Shown in pieces: positions 1-12,783 of a stretch of 29,215 nt of DNA. Source of the stretch: Methanoregula sp. GTDB taxonomy: Archaea > Halobacteriota > Methanomicrobia > Methanomicrobiales > Methanospirillaceae. Position numbers and translations under genes: made by a program. Below the pieces are notes generated by a model. It was not told where the DNA came from. It saw only the letters and a list, made by a program, of their open reading frames with translations, and searched no databases. The DNA is taken from the NCBI GenBank assembly GCA_039698055.1, contig JBDKTL010000012.1, positions 1-29,215 on the forward strand. The letters run 5' to 3'. How positions within the stretch are numbered: the first letter of the stretch is position 1; every line of letters begins with the position of its first letter.

Positions 1-2642
<2,642 letters not shown>

Positions 2643-2765
2643 ATTCTAGTACTCTTTGATGTTGAACCCATTTAACGTCCAGAGTGCTAAACCATTACAC
2701 GGCATCGTCAGGTCATTAACCTTCAGCCCTTCCCGGGAGATTCACATCTCCAGGTGCATCGAAAG

Positions 2766-2838
2766 TGGACTCAATAGGATTTGAACCTATGGCCTCCACC
2801 CCACAAGGGTGGCGCTCTTCCAACTGAGCTATGAGCCC
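2766..2838 (-). tRNA. Spacer tRNA with tRNA-Ala body but anticodon TGT (Thr) in the canonical register
   Basis: GGGCTCA TA GCTC AGTTGGAA GAGC G CCACC CTTGTGG GGTGG AGGCC ATAGG TTCAAAT CCTAT TGAGTCC A. It is 73 nt with all four stems paired, G3:U70 and discriminator A73, and sits at the 16S-23S spacer position where Euryarchaeota carry tRNA-Ala(UGC). The anticodon at 2803-2805 reads TGT. Confidence 0.95.
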
Positions 2839-2899
2839 TCTGCTTTATTGACACTGGCTATTTTGTGTTCTGTTCAGCAACTGCCAAATCCAATTCATT

Positions 2900-4366
<1,467 letters not shown>

Positions 4367-4416
4367 TCTAAATTGTACACTTGTACGCACACTAAATATC
4401 TGAACCTTATATTCGA

Positions 4417-4460
4417 GGAATTAGCGGTTACTAAACAAATTTCCGCATTGCCAGTATCAA
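4417..4460 (-). other. 5' arm of the pre-16S processing stem (pairs with 2848-2891)
   Basis: Leader TTGATACTGGC...TTTGTTTAGTAACCGCTAATTCC is complementary (with G-U pairs) to trailer GGATTTGGCAGTTGCTGAACAGA...GCCAGTGTCAA. A central internal loop resembles an imperfect bulge-helix-bulge motif. Confidence 0.8.
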
Positions 4461-4526
4461 CGTCAGAACCAACTCCGGTCAAGCCGGGTCGCGTTGGATC
4501 TCCATCAAAGAAAATTCTTGTAATCG

Positions 4527-4845
4527 TTCGTCGTGTTTTTCACTTAAACACGGGCTAATAACATATGATTCAAGGATATTTATACCTTGTTACTTGCTGA
4601 TTTTCCCATCAGAACCAGAACCGTAAAACCGGTTTTCCTGGTTCTTCATCGAGGGTCGCTTTATGTGAACTTCGTCGTGTTTTTACACGCATTCACGGGC
4701 TTACAATGTAGGTTCCGGTATTATTTATACCTTGTTGCCTGCACTGTTTTACCTCGAAACCGACACCAGTCCCGTGGACTGTTTTCGTCGGTTTGTCATC
4801 AGAAATTGTGGATCTACATATAGCATAGTCAACCATTTAAACATT
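4527..4845 (-). promoter_or_regulatory. Three tandem rRNA promoter units
   Basis: AACAAGGTATAAATA (TATA at 4577-4584 and 4722-4729) and ACAATGTTTAAATG (4834-4841). Each TATA lies 50-51 bp from a shared TTCGTCG motif (+ strand starts 4527, 4671, 4784). Units 1 and 2 also share CACGGGCT. Confidence 0.8.
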
Positions 4846-5384
4846 GTCCATGATGCAAAGCCCATTTCTCCCCTGTATTTTATTATCCGGAAACTATTTT
4901 TCCGCATCATAAAGACAGAACTGGTTCAGAATACGGTTTCTGCCCCGGATTCTGGTTGTATGCATCATTTTTGCCGTACTGCGCGAACCGGCCCGGAAAC
5001 CTTTCGGACTCATTCTTTTTTGTGCCGGAGTGGTATGAGCGCATTTTGGGGATTACCTGCATTTACGTCATGGATGCGGTGATCTGCAAAAAATCCGTCC
5101 GGATGCTTGCCGCAATCGCGCATTGCCGGAATACTCCGGAACCGTACGTCCCGGCTAACGTTGGTGTAACGATGTAGGGTCGGGTCCTTGCTTTTGTGCA
5201 CGATCTTCCGGGCTGGGACATGCGAAAGGAGAATGAGGCAGCACAGTCCTACCTGCACTTCATTTGTACCCATGCGACCCCCTCCAACAAATCTGTCCAT
5301 CAGAATTACCATTATTTTACAAAGTAAACGTCGTAATTGTTCATCATTTTCCATGAAAAATCGGGCTAAATGCTCAGGGTGTCT

Positions 5385-5602
5385 GGGGGGGTCGCATGGG
5401 TACAAATGAGATTTGGGCAACCTGTCGCGCCTGCAAAAATCCTGAAAACAACCGGGACTGACAATTATTTTCATGACGGAGATTTTTAAAAATACCTGAG
5501 CGAAACGACATCCCAGGGGCAGCGTGTTATAATAAAAAATGTACCTGCCCGACCCCCTCCCTTCGCCCTTCGGGCTAACCACCAAGGATTTATCGACCCC
5601 CC
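5385..5602. other. Structured non-coding element (nested imperfect inverted repeats); candidate ncRNA, ssDNA hairpin or non-autonomous element
   Basis: Five nested stems: 5387-5404/5540-5557, 5414-5417/5512-5515, 5423-5430/5500-5510, 5435-5441/5481-5487 and 5443-5451/5465-5473. These are followed by GCCC-TTC-GGGC (5565-5575) and a second CGACCCCCC (5594-5602). Confidence 0.55.
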
Positions 5603-5723
5603 GCATTCTTCCTTATCATACCGGATACCTGCCTCCATCTCCCTTGTATATAGTATAAGAGATGAGACCGGGCAGGAACAACGGCCACAAAGACCGATGC
5701 AGATACTCAAATAGAGATTCACC

Positions 5724-6230
5724 ATGACACAATTTCGCCAGAGAGAGGGGACAAAAAGTTCTGTCCTCCAGCTGAAAAAACCATTTCCGGAGATCAGGGC
5801 ATTTACCGCGGTTGTCCGGTCATTCATCCTGAAAAACCCGCTTGGCTGCACCTCGTACCGGAGTGCGACAAAGAACCATCTCCCTGTTCTGCGAGTGCGG
5901 GAACTGTATACGGCAAAATTCGTGTATGAGAACGCTGCTGGCAAACGGGTGGGAAGCGCGTCCGAGGTATACGACTCGGTGGAAGGCTACGAAACGGGCA
6001 TTGCTGCCGTGATCTCGAACATGGCAAATATCGCCTCCCACCATGGGAAAGTAAAACATCTTCCAGCTGCCGACCTCTTCTCCATTACGCTGAAATGCCA
6101 TGACCCAAACGGAGAGGTGTACTTTCTGAGTATTGCACGGGACCGGATGACACTCTCATCCTATAGTGATGATACGATCCGGCTCAGGGCCGAAGCCTGG
6201 GCTGACAGGGTGTTGGGGACACGGGTATAG
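5724..6230 (+). CDS. Hypothetical protein, 168 aa (resembles a multicopy Methanomicrobiales family of unknown function)
   Basis: ATG start, TATA-like TATATAGTATAAG at 5647-5659, and globular composition. Motifs NPLGCTSY, YTAKFVY, LKCHDPNGE and SSYSDD..R..E.WAD match my recollection of a Methanoregula/Methanoculleus paralog family (unverified). Confidence 0.8.
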   Translation: MTQFRQREGTKSSVLQLKKPFPEIRAFTAVVRSFILKNPLGCTSYRSATKNHLPVLRVRELYTAKFVYENAAGKRVGSASEVYDSVEGYETGIAAVISNMANIASHHGKVKHLPAADLFSITLKCHDPNGEVYFLSIARDRMTLSSYSDDTIRLRAEAWADRVLGTRV

Positions 6231-6365
6231 GCGACACCAAAACCGGTGTAATAATAGTAATGAGGATCGGCAGGATTCCGGCAGACCGTAAAAAACGGTT
6301 ACCGGTGATACAATTCCTATATACAAAAATTGATGTGCCTTCCTCATGAAGAGCGGTGATTTTAT

Positions 6366-7265
6366 TTAAGTGTCCACCCGGCAGATCTGCACGTAAATAT
6401 CCCCAAAGAACTCTTCCTGCCGCAGCGAACACCTCCCATCCAGCGCAAGGAACAGGAGCGGGATGTAGACTTCGGGGATGCCCCACCCCATCTTCCCGCA
6501 TAACTCAGTGAGCGTCATCTCCGCGTCGATATCCAGCCCTTCAAGATACTCTTCCAGCCGGATCAACGATGATTCCTGGTACCCCTCGTCATGGGCGATG
6601 CTGACAACATCATCCGCATCCGGCTCGTATGAATCCGCCGGGGGAAGCCGCCGGCGGCGACGCTCCTCTTTCTCGATATTCTTGAGTTCGATGATCAGTT
6701 CAAAGAGCGTGAAGGGGCGCTTACGCATATTCTTCCGGTCAAGCCGGCGCTGGATCTCCCGTTCGAGCCGCTCGATGGGGCCAAGCCGTCCCTCGCCGGT
6801 AAAATCCTCATCTCCCAGACCGTCGTAATCGTCACCGGAGAAACCCTCATCGTCGCCATCATCGCTCCCATCAGCGGAGAGCAGCTCAAGATGCTCGGAT
6901 TTCATGCGCAGGAGCGTTGCCGCAAAAAACAGTGTCCGCCCGGAGATCCTGAGGTTGAGCTGCCGGCGCCGGTCCAGTTCCCGGAGGAAGCGATCCGTCA
7001 CTTCCATAATATCGATGTTCCACGGGTCGATCTCCCCGCGTTCGGCCATGCCGACCAGAATTTCAACCGGATCTTCCATCTCACCGGATAGGGCCGGACC
7101 ATCTGCTGCACTACCCTCCCGGGCAGGGGGGGTTTCCCCGGGTGCCATCAACCCGTTTTCCTCGCGGAGCAGGCTCCCCGTATCGGCACCTTCCGGGCTC
7201 TCCGTAGGAACAATACGGGGGTCAGGCGCCGGTGCCTTATCCTTGCCAGCCGGCACTTTAGTCAT
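6366..7265 (-). CDS. scpA: Segregation and condensation protein A (kleisin)
   Basis: DPVEILVGMAERGEIDPWNIDI...ATLLRMKS N-terminal kleisin motif and YIPLLFLA...LRQEEFFGDIYV C-terminal motif. Start overlaps the smc stop. Carries a ~60-aa Pro/Ala/Glu-rich N-terminal extension. Confidence 0.95.
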   Translation of the reverse strand: MTKVPAGKDKAPAPDPRIVPTESPEGADTGSLLREENGLMAPGETPPAREGSAADGPALSGEMEDPVEILVGMAERGEIDPWNIDIMEVTDRFLRELDRRRQLNLRISGRTLFFAATLLRMKSEHLELLSADGSDDGDDEGFSGDDYDGLGDEDFTGEGRLGPIERLEREIQRRLDRKNMRKRPFTLFELIIELKNIEKEERRRRRLPPADSYEPDADDVVSIAHDEGYQESSLIRLEEYLEGLDIDAEMTLTELCGKMGWGIPEVYIPLLFLALDGRCSLRQEEFFGDIYVQICRVDT

Positions 7266-10200
7266 GCGCCTTTACCCCGGTAACAAGTGTGGTCTTATCC
7301 GGACGCAGGGTCACACCCATAATCCGCTGTGCTTCATCGATCATCGGCTTACGCAACGACACAATCACAAACTGCGACGTATCGGAAAGCTCTTTTATCA
7401 TCGCTGCGATGCGCTCCACGTTCGATCCGTCAAGGGACATGTCCACTTCGTCAAACGCGTAGAACGGTGCCGGGATATGGTGCTGGATCGAGAAGATAAA
7501 TGCAAGCGTTGTCAGGGACTTTTCCCCGCCCGAAAGGGACGAGAGCAGGTGGACTTTTTTGTCCCGGGGCTGGACGGCAAACGTCATCCCGCCGGTAAAG
7601 GGGTCTTCCTCGTTTTCAAGGACCAAATGGCCGCTCCCGCTCGTCAGCCGGGCAAAGATCTGGCGGAAGTTTGCATCGATTGCTTTAAACGCCGTGGTGA
7701 ATGCCTCGAACTTCATCTGTTCAAACTGTTCGATGCGTTCGATCAGGTTTGCCCGCTCGTTGCTCAGCGTCTCCTTTCGCCCGGTGCGTTCCTCAACCTG
7801 CCGCTGCACTTTATCGTATTCCTCAATGGCGAGCATGTTCACCGCACCGATCTTCCGGATCATGCCATCGGCTTCTGCGATCTTTCCTTCAATCTCGGTG
7901 ATGCCAAGGTCGGTTGTTGTTTCACCCACCAGCTCCTTGAGCTGCTCCACTTCACTACCAAGGGCAGTTGCCCGGTCCCCGAATGCATTTATCTGGATCG
8001 TAAGGCGTTCCTTGTCAGAATCAAACTTCATCAGTTTTGATTCCGAATCATGGATGCCCTGTGATATGAGCCCGCGCTTGCCCCGCAGCTCATCGAGTTC
8101 CCCGGAGAATTCCTTTTGTTTCTCTTCAAGCTCGCCAATCCGGGTTTTATTGACCGCGATCTGGTCATTTGCTGCGGCAATATCCGCGTCAATCTCCCTG
8201 GTGCGGTCGTCTTTGGTAGTGCGTTCTTTCCCGAGCTCTTCGATCCGCAGGTTAAAGTGCTGGCGTTCACGGGAGCTGTCGTTGATATCGGCTTCCTTGT
8301 TGCGCAGGCGCCGTTCCGACTCCTCGATCTCCTTTTTCTTCTTCTCCATCTGCACGGTAAGAGCGGGGATGTTGGTATCGTCAAGGCGTTTTTTGATCTC
8401 ATCGATCCGGGCTGTGATGGCACCGATCTCTTCGGTGGTCTTGTCAAGCCGGCCTTCAAGTTCTGAGAGTTCTGCCGCACCCTTGCCGGTCTCTTCTTTC
8501 TGGCGCACAACCGCTGCTTCGATGGTCTGTTTTTCAACGGTGATCGCGTCGAAACGGCGGGTATACTCTTCGGTGAACACGCCATACCGGGCAATATTCT
8601 GGTCGATCTCGCTGCGCATGGCCCGCTTTGCATCCACTTCTTCGGTCATGCGCTTGACGCCCGCTTCAAGGGTGGCAGCTTCCCCCGCAAGTTCGGACAG
8701 GTGAGCCCGTATGCGGACAACCTCGTCGTCCACCGCGGCGCCAAAACCCCGTGCCGGTTTTTTTGCTGCGCCGCCGGTCATTGCCCCGCTCTTTTCGAGC
8801 AGTTCGCCATCACGGGTGACCATCCGGTATTTGCCGATGAGTTTACGTGCCCGCTCAAGCGTGTCAACGACCACCGTACCGCCAAGAGCGACGGAAAACG
8901 CCCGGTCATATGCCGGGTCGTACTCAAGGAGGTTGACGGCATAGTCGATCACGCCGGGCTCTTTTACCGGGGGGAGTGCCGGAGGACGGAGTTTGTTGAG
9001 CGGCAAAAACGTCACCCGCCCGAGCCGTTCGTCCTTTAGGTACCGGATCGCATCTGCCGCGATCTGGTCGGTATCGCAGATCACAAAATGGAGTTTGTTG
9101 CCGGCCGCCACGTTGAGTGCCGTTGCATACTCGGGAGGCACCTTTCCCAGTTCCCCGATGGTCCCATGAACGCCTTCCATTGCCATGACGGCTTCAATGG
9201 CCCGGCCGCCGGACTCGCCCCGTGCCTGCTGGGCGGTTTCAAGACGGATTGCGTCCTGTTCGGTATCCCGCATTTCCGTCCGGATGCGTTCAAGGGATGA
9301 CCGCTGGGCAAACAGCCGGCTTTCCAGTTCGGACAAGGTTCGGTCGAGCTCTTTTTTCTGGACTGCAAGGTCTTCCCCGCCTTTCTCGCTGTCGCCGAGC
9401 TGCCCCTGTTTTGCCGCAAACTCCTCGTCCAGCTGGGCAAGAAGAGATGTCAGGCGTTCGAGCTCGGTGGTGCGCATACGGCTCTTCTCGATGAGCATGT
9501 CCTGCTCGTGAAGGATAGAAGACCGCTCACCCTTTTTCTCCTCGGCTTCCTGCAGGAGTGCGAAAAGCTTGTCCCGTGCGCCTGCCGTATCATCGGAATG
9601 AGCCTTGATATCGTTCTCGATCTTTTCGAGAAGCGCTTTTTCCGTGGCAACTTCCATGGCGATATTGGTGCGATCGATCGTAAGGGCACGGATCTGCTCG
9701 GAAAGCTCGGCTACCCGTGTTTCGGCACGCTTCGTGTCAAGGTAGATGCGGTTGATCGTCTCAAGGGTTTCCTCTTTATCCTTCCGGAGCCGGACAATCG
9801 TCTGTTCCGCAAGCCGTATCCCCCCTTTTGCCTCTTCCAGGTCCGCGATCAGCTTCAGGTAGTCAGAACCGCTCTTTTTGCTGATCAGGTCATCGATGTC
9901 CCTGAGGTCCGCGTTTAAGTAGGCCAGCTCGTTTTCCTCAAGGCTCCGGTCCGCATCGATCCGGGAACACTTAATCTTGAGTTCCTCGGCTGATTGCAGG
10001 AGGCTTGCGAGTTCTTTTTCCTTCGCGTGAAGCTGTGCTGCCGCCCGGCACCCCTGGTAGAACGCAAGGTCTTTTTGCCACTTCTGGAACTCCAGTGCAT
10101 GTTCCCGCTCCTTTTTTAGTTCGCTGACCCGCTTTGAGAGCTCGAGGAGCAGGAGCTCCTCACGTTCGATGCGTGCCCGCACGATATCGAGTTCGGAGAG

Positions 10201-10698
10201 CGCCTGCTGTTTCTTGGCATCGAACTCGGAAACCCCGGCAATCTCGTCGATGATCTTGCGGCGCTCGAAATCGCTCATCTCCATGATCCGCGTGACATCA
10301 CCCTGCATCACGACATTGTAGCCGTGCGGGATAATACCGGATTTCGCCAGGAGGTTGACGATATCGCTCTGTTTGCAGAGCCGGTCATTCAGGTAATTAT
10401 AGCTGTAATACCCGTTGCTGGTCCGCTTGATCCGGCGCCGGATCTTCGTCCCATCGGAGAACTCGATGGCAACTTCGGCGGTATTCCTGCCGGAATCGTG
10501 GTTGATCAGGTCGGTGAGTTTTTCGGCCCGGAGGTTGCGGGAGCTGGACAGCGCAAGCACGAACAGGATCGAATCGATGATATTGCTCTTCCCGGACCCG
10601 TTCGGTCCGGATATAACCGTAAAACCCTCTAAAAATGGAATTTTTGTCTTTTTTGAAAAAGACTTGAAATTATCGATCTCCAGCTCTGTGATATGCAA
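7258..10698 (-). CDS. smc: Chromosome segregation protein SMC
   Basis: NFKSF, Walker A GPNGSGKSN, Q-loop VMQG, hinge GRVTFLPL and GAMTGG, signature LSGGEKS, Walker B FDEVD, and long coiled coils. TTG start with GGAG upstream. Confidence 0.99.
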   Translation of the reverse strand: MHITELEIDNFKSFSKKTKIPFLEGFTVISGPNGSGKSNIIDSILFVLALSSSRNLRAEKLTDLINHDSGRNTAEVAIEFSDGTKIRRRIKRTSNGYYSYNYLNDRLCKQSDIVNLLAKSGIIPHGYNVVMQGDVTRIMEMSDFERRKIIDEIAGVSEFDAKKQQALSELDIVRARIEREELLLLELSKRVSELKKEREHALEFQKWQKDLAFYQGCRAAAQLHAKEKELASLLQSAEELKIKCSRIDADRSLEENELAYLNADLRDIDDLISKKSGSDYLKLIADLEEAKGGIRLAEQTIVRLRKDKEETLETINRIYLDTKRAETRVAELSEQIRALTIDRTNIAMEVATEKALLEKIENDIKAHSDDTAGARDKLFALLQEAEEKKGERSSILHEQDMLIEKSRMRTTELERLTSLLAQLDEEFAAKQGQLGDSEKGGEDLAVQKKELDRTLSELESRLFAQRSSLERIRTEMRDTEQDAIRLETAQQARGESGGRAIEAVMAMEGVHGTIGELGKVPPEYATALNVAAGNKLHFVICDTDQIAADAIRYLKDERLGRVTFLPLNKLRPPALPPVKEPGVIDYAVNLLEYDPAYDRAFSVALGGTVVVDTLERARKLIGKYRMVTRDGELLEKSGAMTGGAAKKPARGFGAAVDDEVVRIRAHLSELAGEAATLEAGVKRMTEEVDAKRAMRSEIDQNIARYGVFTEEYTRRFDAITVEKQTIEAAVVRQKEETGKGAAELSELEGRLDKTTEEIGAITARIDEIKKRLDDTNIPALTVQMEKKKKEIEESERRLRNKEADINDSSRERQHFNLRIEELGKERTTKDDRTREIDADIAAANDQIAVNKTRIGELEEKQKEFSGELDELRGKRGLISQGIHDSESKLMKFDSDKERLTIQINAFGDRATALGSEVEQLKELVGETTTDLGITEIEGKIAEADGMIRKIGAVNMLAIEEYDKVQRQVEERTGRKETLSNERANLIERIEQFEQMKFEAFTTAFKAIDANFRQIFARLTSGSGHLVLENEEDPFTGGMTFAVQPRDKKVHLLSSLSGGEKSLTTLAFIFSIQHHIPAPFYAFDEVDMSLDGSNVERIAAMIKELSDTSQFVIVSLRKPMIDEAQRIMGVTLRPDKTTLVTGVKAHD

Positions 10699-10710
10699 AG
10701 ATCCGGCTCC

Positions 10711-11271
10711 TTATTTTTTTGAAGAGTCGGTTTTTTCTTCCTCGGCAGCGTAGATAAGATCGCTCTGTTTGGCCTTGACAGATATACCCTTCTTGTTGCG
10801 CCCGTATCCGGCTGAAGCGACGATATAGTTCTTGTCACCCCGCCGCTCTTCCATCTTCATGGTGCCGTCGGGCTGCATGATCATATCCATGGCCGGTGGC
10901 ACAGGTGCTGCCGGGGCTGCAGGTTCTGCCTGCCGGCTCCCTTTTCGCATGATGACGGTGCTGCCGCTGCCGGATTCTATACCGGGAGTCACTCCCTGCA
11001 CGACCGGCTGCATCCTCTTAAGCTCCTGGCGGCTGCGTTCCTCGGTCTGCTTGGACATCTTCATCGCTATGGACTTAAGATCTAAAAGCTCCTGCGTGAG
11101 ACCCTTCACGAGTGCTTCCATATCCCTGACCTTATTCTCCAGCGCTGCAACGCGGTCCTCGCCTGCAGCACCGCTCCCTGAACTTTCCATCATCGTAACC
11201 AGTTTCTCCTTTTCATTGAGCTCAAACTCAAGGTACCTGATCTTTGCATCCGGTTGCGCCATTATTCGCAT
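10711..11271 (-). CDS. Hypothetical coiled-coil protein, first gene of the smc operon (start may be 11262)
   Basis: Heptad segment RVAALENKVRDMEALVKGLTQELLDLK, then a low-complexity linker and MIMQPDGTMKME. Stops 12 bp before smc. TTTATAA box at about 11303-11309 (minus strand). Confidence 0.9.
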   Translation of the reverse strand: MRIMAQPDAKIRYLEFELNEKEKLVTMMESSGSGAAGEDRVAALENKVRDMEALVKGLTQELLDLKSIAMKMSKQTEERSRQELKRMQPVVQGVTPGIESGSGSTVIMRKGSRQAEPAAPAAPVPPAMDMIMQPDGTMKMEERRGDKNYIVASAGYGRNKKGISVKAKQSDLIYAAEEEKTDSSKK

Positions 11272-11522
11272 GCCTTATATTATATAATGGTGAGGTTCTC
11301 CCCTTATAAATAATATTACTGATCATCACACCAGAAAAAAAGGTTTGTGCCTGCCTTTTTGCGGCACAGCGGTTCCGGGTCTTCATTTTTGGTATACCGG
11401 TCTGGTTCATGCGCTTTTAACCGGAACTATCGTATCCAGCGGGGCACCCGGGCGTCCGGCGGCACGCAATTGCTGAAAGTTTAAGAAAAGGTATTACCTC
11501 TTAAAGACGAACCCTTCTGCAT

Positions 11523-12761
11523 ATGTCGTATCTTTCCCAAACTGATCCAGAAATTGCAGATATCATTGAGAAGGAACGGCTCCGCCAGACAAACGGTCTC
11601 GAACTCATTGCGTCCGAGAACCTTGTCAGCCACGCGGTGCTCGAGGCGATGGGGTCAATCATGACCAACAAGTACGCCGAAGGCTACCCCGGCAAGCGCT
11701 ATTATGGCGGGTGCGAGTTCCACGATATGGCGGAGAACCTTGCCCGTGACCGGCTCAAAAAGTTGTTTGGAGCCGAACATGCAAACGTCCAGCCCCACTC
11801 AGGTACCCAGGCGAACATGGCAGTCTATTTTGCGTACATGAAGCTGGGAGATAAGATCCTGAGCATGAAGCTCAACCAGGGCGGCCACCTTTCTCACGGT
11901 TCGCCGGTCAGCTTTACCGGGAAATTTTACCAGGTAGCCCAATACGGCGTTGACCCGAAGACTGAAATGCTCGATTACGGTGCAGTCGAAGAGATGGCCC
12001 GGGCAGAAAAGCCCCAGATCATCGTCTGCGGTGCGTCGGCTTACCCGCGGACCATTGATTTCAAGGCGTTCCAGGAGATCGCCGATGGTGTCGGGGCGTA
12101 CTGTATGGCAGATATCGCCCATATTGCCGGGCTCTGTGCCACGGGGGTTCACCCGACCTCGGTCGGTGTTGTGAACTTTACCACGACCACCACCCACAAG
12201 ACCCTTCGCGGACCCCGTGGCGGCGCTATCATGTGCAACAGCGAGTATGCAGCGGCGATTGACAAGGCAGTCTTCCCGGGTATGCAGGGCGGTCCCCTGA
12301 TGCACACGATCACGGCAAAGGCTGTATGTTTTGAGGAGGCGCTCAAGCCTTCATTCAGGGAATACAATAAGCAGATTGTGAAGAATGCAAAAGTTCTCGC
12401 AGAGACCCTGATGACCAACGGCCTGCGACTTGTATCGGGCGGTACCGATAACCACCTGATGCTCATCGACCTGACCAACCAGCACCTGACCGGTCTTGAA
12501 GCCGAGGTAGCTCTTGGCAAAGCCGGGATTACCGTGAACAAGAACACAATCCCGAATGAAACCAAGAGCCCGTTTGTGACCAGCGGTCTCCGGGTCGGCA
12601 CGCCGGCTGTGACATCACGGGGCATGAAAGAGGCAGACATGCGCCTGATCGGCAACTGGATCTCGCGGGTGATTAAAGACATCCAGAGCGAGGCCACCAT
12701 CGCCAAAGTCCACGCTGAAGTCACCGAGATGGCAAAGAAATTCCCGATCTACCCCTCGTAA
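11523..12761 (+). CDS. glyA: Serine hydroxymethyltransferase (bacterial/THF type)
   Basis: [31 protein letters not shown]-lysine motif [19 protein letters not shown]. Confidence 0.99.
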   Translation: MSYLSQTDPEIADIIEKERLRQTNGLELIASENLVSHAVLEAMGSIMTNKYAEGYPGKRYYGGCEFHDMAENLARDRLKKLFGAEHANVQPHSGTQANMAVYFAYMKLGDKILSMKLNQGGHLSHGSPVSFTGKFYQVAQYGVDPKTEMLDYGAVEEMARAEKPQIIVCGASAYPRTIDFKAFQEIADGVGAYCMADIAHIAGLCATGVHPTSVGVVNFTTTTTHKTLRGPRGGAIMCNSEYAAAIDKAVFPGMQGGPLMHTITAKAVCFEEALKPSFREYNKQIVKNAKVLAETLMTNGLRLVSGGTDNHLMLIDLTNQHLTGLEAEVALGKAGITVNKNTIPNETKSPFVTSGLRVGTPAVTSRGMKEADMRLIGNWISRVIKDIQSEATIAKVHAEVTEMAKKFPIYPS

Positions 12762-12783
12762 GGGCATGCTAAAGGATATGGCC

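Noticed and set aside
5385-5602. Retron msr-msd interpretation of the hairpin element
   Set aside because: No reverse transcriptase (YADD-type motif) is encoded in the window.
5010-5944. Minus-strand ORFs of 198 aa (5010-5606) and 152 aa (5486-5944)
   Set aside because: Atypical composition, overlap with the structured element, and (for the second) antisense overlap with the better 5724-6230 gene.
6904-8704. Long plus-strand ORFs of 378 and 381 aa
   Set aside because: Antisense shadows of smc/scpA, as expected from GC-rich codon bias.
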